Positions 49,875-61,557 of a stretch of 64,000 nt of DNA are shown here, piece after piece (within the stretch, counting starts at the first letter, position 1; each line of letters opens with the position of its first letter). Both the position numbers and the translations under genes were made by a program. Source of the stretch: Centroscyllium fabricii (Eukaryota); the NCBI GenBank assembly GCA_051313645.2, contig JBNRSN020000013.1, positions 50,592,001 through 50,656,000 on the forward strand, written 5' to 3'. The notes beneath the pieces were generated by a model, which was not told where the DNA came from, made no database searches, and saw only the letters and a program-made list of their open reading frames with translations.

Positions 49875-50533
49875 ATGCCCCGCTTTCACTGGAGGCTACG
49901 AATTCCCGATTTCTCCCGAATCTGAAATTTGTCCGATTCGTGGGTAATTCTTGCAATTCGTAAACGATTCGTGGTTGATTCGTAGAGTTCGCGTAATTTC
50001 TTTGATTTTTCAAGAAAGTTTTTGTTTGTCAAAAAATTTCGTGGGAGGGTTAACGAATGTCCAATTCGTGATAGATTCCTAAACAATTCGTGACCCTTTC
50101 TTATCGTTCTTAACCCTTTCTTATCCTTCTTAACCGTTTCTTAATCGCTTCTTCTGCATTCTTGTCTATTCTTGGGCATTCTTGACTCCCTCAAATTCGT
50201 GGACCCACGCCGAATACATCACGAAACAGGCACGAATGTCCACGAATCAGGTACGAATCAAGTACGAATCGGTCGTAGTGGATTCGTACAGTAATTCGGC
50301 ACATTCGTAAGTGAGTTCGTTAAATTCTTACCTGATTCTTTGAATTCGTACTTGTTTCTTAAACCATTCTTGACATTCGGCACGAATAATTCGTAATCAA
50401 TTCGTAGTGGATTCGTAGCTCCTCCCGAATCCACCACGAATTTTCACATTTTTTTGCCGTATCGCCACGAATTTCGATACGTGACGATTCTTGATATTCT
50501 TGATATTCTTAGCCTCCAGTGAAAGCGGGGCAT
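49875..50533. mobile_element. MITE with perfect 24-bp TIRs (Harbinger-like; TA or TWA target)
   Basis: ATGCCCCGCTTTCACTGGAGGCTA ... TAGCCTCCAGTGAAAGCGGGGCAT. Confidence 0.88.
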
Positions 50534-51251
50534 TACCACAGACTTGTAAGTAGTTTGTTTGAGGTTACTCAGCATCTAAAATATCTTGACGAGTATTCCT
50601 CACTTGTAACTGCAATAAAGTTTTCTTTTCAGTGTTTTAATTTTCCAAGTTTTTAAATATATACATATGGCAGTTTTGGATTTTTGCTGGAAGTTATTTA
50701 GGCTAGAAGCTCAGGCATGAGAGGAGATACGGAACGAAGCAAGACTAAACTAAATGATATCAGAACAAGGAGGAAGGGTCAAACTTAAGTTGGCTGGGCC
50801 CAAAAGAATGGCTAAGCCAACTCAAATATCAAACCACACAGCAATGAAGGGTTCATTTGCCAAGCACACTACCAATCCTCACTATGACCATTAATGGAAT
50901 ATACCATTGGCTTCAGTTCAACTTAATTTGGGACCAGGTCATGTTGGTAGAATTAGATACATGGAATAATTTATGCAGTCCTAAACCATTAGCACATTTT
51001 TAACAATATTTAATCTGGGGTAAAATGAACTTGATGAGGGAATGGAATCTCACATTCAGGAAAAGCTAGTTTCCACCTTGAATCAAGCCTCTCTTTCTGT
51101 GAAGTAAGCCTTCAAGTGGCATTAATAAGCCAGATTGGCTGGTCAATCATTAACAGTGCCCAGAAGTACTGCAGACCTGCAGGTATCCAATTACAATCGA
51201 AATCTGCAATCGAAGATCAACTGGTTTTGAGCTTCCACCATCAAACATAAT

Positions 51252-52319
51252 GGTCCTGAATTTCCGATCGGAGGCTTTGTGCGGGCTGATGCCTCAGATC
51301 GGAAAAAATCTACGACCTTCCCTACTGGCTCCGTAGGTCCCGAGGCTTGCGATCCTGGGCCTCTGCTCTACGGAATGCGCAGAGGCCCAGGGGCGCATGT
51401 GGTTCACAAGTGTCCCTGCGATTACCTGGGCCATGGGGAACCAATCACTCAAAGAAGGGAATCACCCTTCACACTTTTGACAGGTCTGTACTTACAGAAC
51501 TGTCAAAAGTATGAATGGGATCACTTAAAAAACAGTAAAACATTAAATATATTTTTTTTAAATCACATTTAAAATTAATTTTAAAAAAATTTTGGAAAAA
51601 ATAATTCACTTTTTACACTGAGCTAAAAATAAACTTACCTTTTGTAAAAAATATTTTAAAATTATAAATCAGTGAATTTAAATTTTTTTTTTACAACTCT
51701 TATGCTGGTAAAAGCAGGCCTTATGCAAACTTTTACCAGGCGCAAGATTTTTAAAGGCTTTCAGCAGTGTTACTCTGCCCGCAGAGGCCCATCTCCTGAC
51801 ACGGTGGCGCAGTGGTTAGCACTGCTGCCTCGCAATAAGGAGCTCCTGGGTTCGAATCCCGCTTGGCCCGGGACCTCTCTGCGTGGAGTTTGCATGTTCT
51901 CCCCGTGTTCGTGTGGGTTTCCTCCGGGTACTCCGTTTCCTCCCACCACCCAAAGACATGCAGATTAGGTGAATTGAAGATAATAAAAAAAATTTAAAAA
52001 AAAAATTGCCCATGAGTATGTGTGTGAGATATAGTTCTTAGAGTTGGGGGTGTCGGGGGATATGGGGAGAGGGTAGGAGGGGGGTGCTGGGTTCGGATGA
52101 TCAGCCATGATCTCATCAAAAATGGCAGAGCAGGCTCGAAGGGCCGAATGGCCTACTCCTATCTTCTGTGTTTCTGGGGCATGTGTGGGATCTTTCAAGA
52201 GGATTCCTGACAGATTGCAAGCGCTGGGTTTTAGCGCATGCGCTTCGTATGCCTAAACCCAGCACTTGTGCAGCCCCTATGGATGCGTACACATCCGTGG
52301 GGGTCGGAAATTCCGGCCC
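51252..52319. mobile_element. MITE (32441 family) with nested HE1 V-SINE at about 51798-52175 (+)
   Basis: GGTCCTGAATTTCCGA / TCGGAAATTCCGGCCC termini; the SINE closely resembles 3971-4340. Confidence 0.8.
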
Positions 52320-52466
52320 TTTATCATGCAGGCACCTCAGACCCAGAGACCCTGCTTACCTCCTCTTTCCCCACCCCTCCCCTCCCCTCCTGGACAGAAA
52401 ATGCACTGTCCAGTGTGATACCAAACTACAACGAACACATGGGTCCAGTCTGTGCGGAGTTCAGTA

Positions 52467-52862
52467 CAGGTTGAGCACTGTTGATCCGGCACGGCCGGGA
52501 CCAGGCCCGCGCCGGAATACTGAAAAACCCGAACGAGTGAAGGTGTCCCGAGCGCATGCGCGGACCATTCGAAATGGCCGTCGGGACCAGTGCGCATCCG
52601 GGAAAGGCCCCGGGAGGCAGCCCGGTCCAACACTCCATGGGGCCCCGAGCATCACAGACCTTCTTCACGTCAGGTACAGGGTTTTTTGTAAAGCGCGGGA
52701 AGCGTCTAAGAGCGCCGCTGCGCATGCGCAGGCCAGTCGGGGATTGCGGACGACTCGCAACGCTGAGGAGCACCACTGCGCATGCGCCGACCACTCGGGG
52801 ATCTGTGCCGGGCGTCCGAAGCTGCCGGTTTTTCGGGTGCCGGATTAACGGTGCTCAACCTG
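52467..52862. mobile_element. Tigger-like MITE, CpG-rich
   Basis: TA-CAGGTTGAGCAC...GTGCTCAACCTG-TA. Confidence 0.9.
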
Positions 52863-53014
52863 TATCTCAGCCTGGACAGGGATCAGGAACTACCATTGAC
52901 CGTAGTGCTCCAAAGCTAGGGAAGGAAAAAAAAAAGACTTCTGTTCTCACTCTTATCGTTCTTTCAGAGAGGAGGGGGAAAAAAGCTTAATGATTGGTCC
53001 AGCAATGTATTATA

Positions 53015-53602
53015 ACTACTTCCACCTCCACAATATCTCTCGTCTCCGCCCCTGCCTCAGCTCATCTGCTGCTGAAACTCACATCCATGCCTTAGTTACC
53101 TCCAGACTCTATAACTCCAATGCTCTCCTGGCCAGCCGTAAACTTGAGCTCATCCAAAAGCTCTGTTGCCCGTATTCGAACGCGCACTAAGTCCCATTCA
53201 CCCGTCACCTCTGTGCTCGCTGACTCACACTGACTCCCGGTCCAGCAACGCCTCAATTTAAAAACTCTCATCATTGTTTTCAAATCCCTCCATGGCCTCA
53301 CCACGCCCCATCTCTGAAACCTCATTCAGCCGTACAACCCTCCAAGATCTCTGCGCTCCTCCAATTCGGGTCTCTTTCATTGGTGCAACAGCGGCGCCGC
53401 GCTATCAGTTGTCCAGGCCATAAGCGGTGGAATTCCCTTTCTAAACCGCCACTTCTCTATCCTCCTTGAAACCTACCTCTTTGACCAAGCTTTTGGTCAC
53501 CTGTCCTAATACGGCTCAGTGTCAAATTCTGTCCGGTTACACCCCTGTGAAGCACTTTGAGACATTTTAAAGGGGCTATATAAATACAAGTTGCTGTTGT
53601 TG
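53015..53602 (+). mobile_element. L2 LINE 3' fragment
   Basis: YFHLHNISRLRPCLSSSAAETHIHALVTSRLYNSNALL plus L2 tail. Confidence 0.85.
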
Positions 53603-54508
53603 AGGATTTTTGGAGCTTGGGGCACTTTGCCATAAGTGAGGGGCTGAGGCAGAAACCACTGCAACTGGAAAATATTTGAAGCAGAGAAAGATAAAGAGCT
53701 ACAGGGAGAAAGCAGGGCAGTGGGATTAGCTTTGGAATTGTTCTATCAAAGAGCTGGCAGACAGGTTGGGCCAATGGCTTCCTTCCGTGTTGTAAACTTT
53801 TGATTCGATGGATCGCCCTCTGATCTATAGCATTCTATGCTTAGACTTTCGGATGAGATGTTAGACCGAGGCCCTATCTGCCCTCTCAGGTGGACATAAA
53901 AGATCCCACGGCACTGTCCTAGTCAATATTTATCCCTCAACCAATATCACTAAAAATAAATCTGGTCATCGTCACATTGCGGTCTGTGGGGCCTTGCTGT
54001 ACGCAAATTGGCTGCCACATTTTCTTACATTACAACAGTGACTACACTTCATAAAAAGTACTTCATTGGCTGTACAGCGCTTTGAGACGTCCTGAGGTCA
54101 TGAAAGGCGCTATATAAATACAGGGTCTCTTTTTTTTAAGACTGATTTCTGCTGAATATAAATAAGTCGAGCAATGTGAATCACTCTTCAAGGAAAATCC
54201 CTACACGACAGGTGTAGGCTTATACTGGAACATTCTTGTAGCAGTCATTTGCTAGCAAAAGTGAATTGTTTCTGAAGTTGCCTTGGAGTTAAAGAACTGA
54301 TTCATGCAGGCACTGACAAAACCCAGTCCGAGTTTGTTGGGATTCACTTTCATGGTGATGGCATGACATCATAATACAGGTGCACAAAACAGTTACGTTA
54401 ATTTTGGAAGCAATAGAAATATGTTTAACATTATTATCTCCTTGAGGGACAATCAAACTGCGTAACAATTTCAGGTATGATAAATTTAAAAAAAAATCCC
54501 TAACCCGA

Positions 54509-54821
54509 GGGCGGCACGGTGGCATAGTGGTTAGCACTGTTGCCTGACAGCGCTAGGGGCCCGGGTTCAAATCCGGCCTCGGGTACTATCTGTGTGGAGT
54601 TTGCACATTCTCCCCGTGTCTGCGTGGGTTTCCTCCGTGTGCTCCGGTTTCCTCCCACAGTCCAAAGATGTGCGGGTTAGGTTGACTGGCCAGGATAAAT
54701 TGACCCTTAGTGTTAGGGGGATTAAATATGTGGGGTTACGGGGATAGGGTGGGATATGTGTCGGTGCAGGCTCGATGGGCCGAAATGGCCTCTATCTGCA
54801 CTGTAGGGATTCTATGATTCT
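54509..54821 (+). mobile_element. HE1-like V-SINE
   Basis: Full head, V-domain and GGGATTCTATGATTCTA tail; further copies at 58298-58470 (+, partial) and 59425-59726 (-). Confidence 0.9.
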
Positions 54822-55074
54822 AACCCTGCTCAACATTGGGCTTGGGACCTGAATGGCTAAATACCATGTTCACACTAATGTTTGCGATGTGCATTTTGGG
54901 TCTGAAACTATCAGGCGTTAGGGGTTTAACTGTTGGGTCAGCAAATGTTGATGGTCATTGATCCTGTTTATATACCATCTTAAGCAACATGGCAAAGCAG
55001 GAACTCCTTCACCGTGATGCTAAAGATGGTGTGGGAATGCACAATCTTTTGTTTTCCATTATATAAATAATTTG

Positions 55075-55875
55075 GACATGAGCACAAACTGTGAAGAAGA
55101 ATGCAAGAGATTGCAGGAAGACGGTTAGGTTTAATGGACTGGGCAGACAGGCGGCAGATGCAGATCAATGTAGAGAAATGTGAGGTGGTACATTTTAGGA
55201 AAAAGAACAGTGAACAAAAGGGTACCATAAACAGCAAGACTCTTAAGAGTGGGGGGAAACAGAGATATCCATAGATCTTTAAAGCTGTGGGTACAGGTAG
55301 AAAGGGTCATTAAAAAGACAAATAGAATTCTCAGTTTTATCTTCAAGTACACTGAATTTATATAAATCATTGGTTAGGCCACAGCTGGAATGTTTTGTGC
55401 AGTTCTCAGCACCCCATTATAGGAAGCACATCAGGATCACGGGTAGGGTCCAGTAATGAGAGGTTAGTTATTAATGAAGCACACAAATTGGGCTTTTTTG
55501 CTGCGACAGAGAAATTAAAAGGAGAAATGGAATAGTTTTTTTTTTATTATGAAAGGTTTTGAGAGGGAAAATAATGAAAGATTGTTTGCACTGGTTGTTG
55601 AATTGGTGACAAGGGGGCACAAATTGAGGATCATTGAAGGAACAAAAAGTTGAAGTTCAAAGTTTTTCCCCCCCAGACAGAGGTTTATTAGAACATGTCA
55701 TGCTTTACTCCAAGTGGCTATTGAGGCAGAGGCTACAACATAATTCAACAGGGGACTGGATAAATTCTTTGATAAGGCAGAGTATTAAAGTGGAAAGGGC
55801 AGGGAAATAAGATTAGAAGATAGCTCCAGTTCCAGAAACAGCAGACACAATGGGCCTCCTCTGCTGTACATTCTA
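55075..55875 (+). mobile_element. Old CR1 fragment
   Basis: Decayed WADRRQMQINVEKCEVVHF-type motif; further CR1 pieces at 58040-58610 (-) and 59727-60087 (-). Confidence 0.65.
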
Positions 55876-56699
55876 TCATGTGGAGGTGCCGGTGTTGGAC
55901 TGGGGTGGACAAATGCAAGAAGTCACACAACACCAGATTATAGTCCAACAGTTTAATTTTAAATCACAAGCTTTCGGAGTGTCTGCCCCTTCGTCAGATG
56001 AAAGAGTGAAAAGCTTGTGATTTAAAATAAAACTGTTGGACTATAATCTGGTGTTGTGTGACTTCTTGCATTTGTACATTCTATGACCAGTTAGGGTTCG
56101 GAAAGTGCAGGAAAGTGGAGATGAGGTGGAAGATCAGCCATGATCTTATTGAATGGCGGAGCAGGCTCGAGGGGCCAAATGGCTTACTCCTGCTCCTATT
56201 TCTTGTGTTGGTACAGGAGTTAAACCATTACTATTCTGTAGGTGGTGCTATTGAGGCCAACAGCATGGCTACATTGGTTCAAGAGACAACAGTGATTGTG
56301 TATTAATATTGGAACTTTCAGATCAATTTTTAAAGAAAATCAAAACACTTTTTATTTGACCAATAAGCTATAATCTTCCACCTGTTCATCAGCAAGTATT
56401 ACAATCATATAAAATTGTAAGCACATCAGTAAGCCACTGTCCCAACGAGGTGATTCCAGTGTTGCTGCCCAGGAAAGGATTTTTAGCTGGAGCTGCCAGT
56501 CAATAGAAAAATATATTCTACCACATGGTAGATTCTAGCCACTGAACCTCAAAACCACAGCCTGTGTATAGTTATTAAACTGTGCACCAGTTACTCTGGA
56601 TTTATGGCATAGCTGTCTTATTCTGGTAATCTTAATTACCTTGCACGAAGCAGAACTATCACTGCAGGTAATGTAATGAACACTTCAATCACTAGTCAA

Positions 56700-57380
56700 G
56701 CAATATTCCTATTGAGTTAGCAGGATAAAGAAAATGCGAAACGTTGAGTGCATATTTTGCAAAGCAACTTGAACTTTCTAAAATTGTTCTTCCATCTACT
56801 GTAAACAGATGTCAGTTAATAACTTCTCTACCAAAATGCAGCTGAACACTGAGTACAGAACTGTAAAAGCCTGTTTGTACTATAATCTACTTGTCACAAT
56901 CAGGATAAAATATGCAAAAATAGAAGTGAATGAAGGATAGCCTACCTTCCTTTCAATAACGCAATGGAAGCCTGTATCGTCTCAAGAAAGCTTTCCAAAG
57001 TTATCTGATTGCTAAGCTATATATTTATTTCTTAGAACTAATAAATCAAAGAGAAAAAAGAGTCCAATGATTAACGTACTTTTGGACTGTCAAGACCACA
57101 GAGGCTGTACCATTTTGATAATCGGAATCTGACAAACGCTTGTTTTAAACACGAAAAACAGAATTTTATTGCTGAGAGAACTGCATTTATTACATCGGTT
57201 AACAGTCTCTATTTCCACACATTTGAGATAGGAAAAGACATTTGCTGCCATGAGCAAGATCTCTGCAATGGTAAGGCACCAAATGAGCACAACCTTTTTT
57301 AATTTGCTAGCAATTAGCTACTGGCTACTGTAGAATTACCCCATTACCTTTATTGTAATGGCCAATGTCAGAAAACAACA
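56700..57380. promoter_or_regulatory. Candidate ARX long-range (ultraconserved-type) enhancer in the last POLA1 intron
   Basis: About 700-bp TE-free, motif-dense block in a TE-saturated intron; mammalian ARX enhancers lie in this intron. Inference. Confidence 0.45.
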
Positions 57381-58609
57381 CCGGTACAATGGGTTTAAGG
57401 TTAAAATGTTTAACATTTAATATCACTCATACAGCAACTTAAAGAATACTCGCTTTAAACTATTTTAAAGGATAAACTTTCATTTACGTAATCTACACGC
57501 ATTTATCTATACATATCCGCGTGCACAAACTAGGCTGACACTACAGTGCAGTACTCAGGAAGTGCTGCACTGTCAGAGGTATCATCTTTTGGAATAGACA
57601 TTAAACTGAGGTTTCATTTGCCTGCTTATATACAATGCCGTGGAACTTGGGAGTTCTCCCAGTGTCCTGGCCAACATGCCTTCCTCAACCATCACCAACA
57701 AAAACAGATCATCTGGTCACTCATTCATGCCGTTGTTCTTTGTGGGACCTTGGATATATCTGTCGCTATATCTGCTAATATAACAGTGACTGCACTTCAA
57801 AAATAATCCATTAGTTGTTAAATGCTTAAGGAAGTCCTGAAGATGTGAAAGGTGCTTCATAAATGCAAGTTTTTTCTTTAGATCCAGGGTCTGTTGTAGC
57901 GCACAACCTAGTTGTTATAGACGGGACCTGAATTTAACCACAGAAGGGTTCAATTAGGTTCAACAATTGGTTTGTAGCTGCAGAGTTGGATAGGGAAATT
58001 ATTAAGGCCATCTATGAAGTGACCCAAATTCTGGTGCACAAGCCTTAGGAACAGGAGTAGGCCATTTAGCCCCTTGAGCCCATTCAATTAGATCACAGCT
58101 TATCTGTTTCTCAACTCCATCTACCCACCCTGGTTCTGTAACCCATAATACTCTTACCCAACAAAATACTATCAATCTCAGTTCTGAAATTTTCAACTGA
58201 CCTCGCCTCAACAGCTTTTTGGGGGAAAGAGTGTTCCAGATTTCCACTCCCCTTTGTGTGAGGAAGTGCTTCCTGACTTCACCCCTGAATAGCGAAGGTC
58301 TCCCACAGTCCAAAGATGTGCGGGTTAGGTTGATTGGCCAGGATGAATTGACCCTTCGTGTTGGGGAGATTGAATGTGTGGGGTTACGGGGATAGGGTGG
58401 GATATGTGTCGGTGCAGGCTTGATGGGCCGAAATGGCCTCTATCTGCACTGTAGGGATTCTATGATTCTAAGGTTATGCCCCTTGTTCTAGACTTTCCAC
58501 CATAAGAAATAGTTTCTCTATCTACCCTATCAACTCCTTTGATCATCTTTAACACCTCAATTACACCACCCCTAAATTTTTCAATATTCAAGGGAATATA
58601 AAGCCTATG

Positions 58610-59120
58610 TACTAAATGATTGATCAAAGTGTCAACTTGGATCACACTTATAGCCACCACATCCCTTTGAATGATATCTTTTGGAACCTGGCACACAAGA
58701 AAAACTTGTTTTACTGAAGAGCAATTATACGGTTTTATAGTATATGGTTCAATTAGTGAGGAAGCACTTGCCAAAGGACATGCCATGTTACAGTAGTGTG
58801 TTATAGCAGTTACTTTTCTGATCCACCCATCACACAGCTCAATCCTAGTGAACAGTTTTACATTTATGTTCAACAATATTGCACAAAAGTTATCTTGCAC
58901 AGACAGGATGCAGAATTTATCCCACACATCATATTACAGAAATATTTTCCTTGCAGCCAACAACAGTTATGAAAAATAACTGAAATAACTTTGTTCATGT
59001 TCACTAACAATGACTTCAAGCTGTAACCATAGCAATTGTGTCCGTTTAATGGAATCACAAATAAAGAATGCTTGCGCTACAAAGCTATCACGATGTAATC
59101 AGCACCCAAATCCCAGGCTT
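58610..59120. promoter_or_regulatory. Second candidate conserved enhancer block in the last POLA1 intron
   Basis: TE-free block with CAATTA/TAAT cores; inference. Confidence 0.4.
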
Positions 59121-60938
59121 TCAGAATCTGCCAGTGTCTTCTTGCTTGTCATGACACTACTTAAAAGTATTTAAGCTCAAGACCTCGTCTCCATCATATT
59201 GGATCAAAATGACGTTTATTTAAAAGTTTTAATGTTTAATTCTTGCAAATTGTGTACACTTTCATGAACAAAAATTTTGGCCGGAATTTTGCGGTCAGCG
59301 GCGAAAGGACGGCGCTCACCGTTTATTACACTTACAGCTGCCCACAGACTACCTTTCCTTTGAGGAAAACAATCCCAGCTTCTCCAGTCTCACTTTCAAA
59401 GATTTGTGTACATACACCCCTCTTAGAATCCCTACAGTGCAGATAGAGGCCATTTCGGCCCATCGAGCCTGCACCGACACATATCCCCCCCATCCCCGTA
59501 ACCCCACATATTCAATCCCCCTAACACTAAGGGTCAATTTATCCTGGCCAATCAACCTAACCCGCACATCTTTGGACTGTGGGAGGAAACCGGAGCACCC
59601 GGCGGAAACCCACACAGACACGGGGAGAATGTGCAAACTCCACACAGTCACCCGAGGCTGGATTTGAACCCGGGCCCCTGGCACTGTGAGGCAACAGTGC
59701 TAACCACGATGCCACCGTGCCGCCCCCTCTTCCTGCACCATTTAGTTTATGTTGCCTCTCCTCATTCTTCCTACCAAAATGCACCACTTCACACTTCCGT
59801 GTGTTAAATTTCATCTGCCATGTGTCTGCCCATTTCACCAGTCTGTCTATGTTTTCCTGAAGTCTGTTACAATCTTCCTCACTGTTTACTACATTTCTGA
59901 GTTTTGTCTCATCTACAAACTTTGAAATTATGCGCTATATACCCAAGCCCAGGTCGTTAATGTACATCAAAAAGAGCAGTGGTCCTAATACCGACCCCTG
60001 GGAGTTACCACTACACACTTCCCTCCAGTCTGAAAAACAACCATTCACCACTACTCTCTGTTTTCTGTCCCTTAACCAATTTCGGATCCAACTCAATTCA
60101 AGTTTTATTGTCATTGCAGAGTACTAGTACAATACAACGAGATGAAGACTCGCCGCTCCCGAGAGTAGTGCAAATAAATTACATGCAAATTGCATACAGT
60201 AAGTACATTTTCAGGTGTGCAGGTATCGGAGTTTTTTGTTAAGAGTTCAGGAGGCTGAAAGCCCTGGGGAAGAAGCTGTTCTTGAATCTAGTCGTGCGGG
60301 TGCGAATTGATCTGTAGCGTCTCCCGGAGGGCAGGGGGGCGAACAGACTGTGGCTGGGGTGTGTGGGGTCTTTAATAATGTTCAGAAACCTCCGTACGCA
60401 GCCACTGCCCCTTTAATCCCATAGGCTTCAATTTTACTAACATGTTTATGATGTGGTAATTTATCAAATGCCTTTTGACACCAGTCTTTCAATTTTGGGA
60501 GCTGGGTTCATACCCAGCCTGAAATGATAGGATTAACGTCTCCTCCGCCTGTAAGGGGCCCGATGTAAAAATGAGTTTTGGCAGTCTTGATGCAGTTCCT
60601 AGAGGGCTTCAGCCTACAGCACAAGTGACCTGCTAATTTGGCTTTAGTTGACAATGTCATGCAGGCAGGCCGAAGGATTGTTGGTGTGGAGAAATGAAAA
60701 TAAATGTCACATTGGTGCAGCAGGGGTTTGGGTTTCTCTTCTGAGGTTGGGATAAAAATTAAACCTCGTCGTAACGCTATTTTCCTATTGCTCCCAGACC
60801 ATGCGTGGTACAAAAAGGAATGAGAGCGCTTTTCACTTATTTTAGTTTCAAGACAGCTATTGATCTGGAGCACATCTGGTATTTTGTACCCGTGACACAA
60901 TCTGTCTGCATATTAGTCATTTATTTGAAGAACAAATA

Positions 60939-61557
60939 CAGGTTGAACACAGTTAACCCGGCACCCTCGGGACCAGGCCGGTGCCGGACCACTGAAAATT
61001 CCGAACCACTGAAGGTTCGGGGGGAACGTGCGGTAGAACACTCCCCGGGAGGGAGCCTGTGGGGGGGGGATAGGACACTTAGAAGACCTAAAAAGAACAG
61101 CAACCCAAACGCCCGACGCTGTCGGCGCTCACTCACCCTTCGCGGGAAACGGTGGTGCCTCCGAGCGGCTGCTCCGCAAAATGAAGGGCGCCGGTTTCCA
61201 ATCGTGTTGGACACTGAAGCTGCTGGACCACAGAAACAGAAACACAGAAGATAGGAGCAGGAGTAGGCCATTCCGGCCTGCTCCGCCATTTTGAGATGAT
61301 CATGGCTGATCATCCAAACCCAGCACCCCCCTCGTACCCTCTCCCCATATCCCCCGACACACCCAGCTCTAAGAACTATATCTCACACACATACTCATGA
61401 GCAATTTTTTTAGTATCTCCAATTAACCTAACCTGCATGTCTTTGGGTGGTGCGAGGAAACTGGAGTACCCGGAGGAAACCCACACGAACACGGGGAGAA
61501 CATGCAAATTCCACGCAGAGAGGTACATCGGGTGCCGGATTACCGGTGCTCAAACTG
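60939..61557. mobile_element. Tigger-like MITE with nested HE1 SINE fragment (about 61228-61522, -)
   Basis: TA-CAGGTTGAACAC...GTGCTCAAACTG-TA; same family as 34839-39349. Confidence 0.88.

Noticed and set aside
52168-52990. 226-aa and other GC-rich ORFs (also 60805-61313)
   Set aside because: They span unrelated MITEs and show no transposase or other domain.
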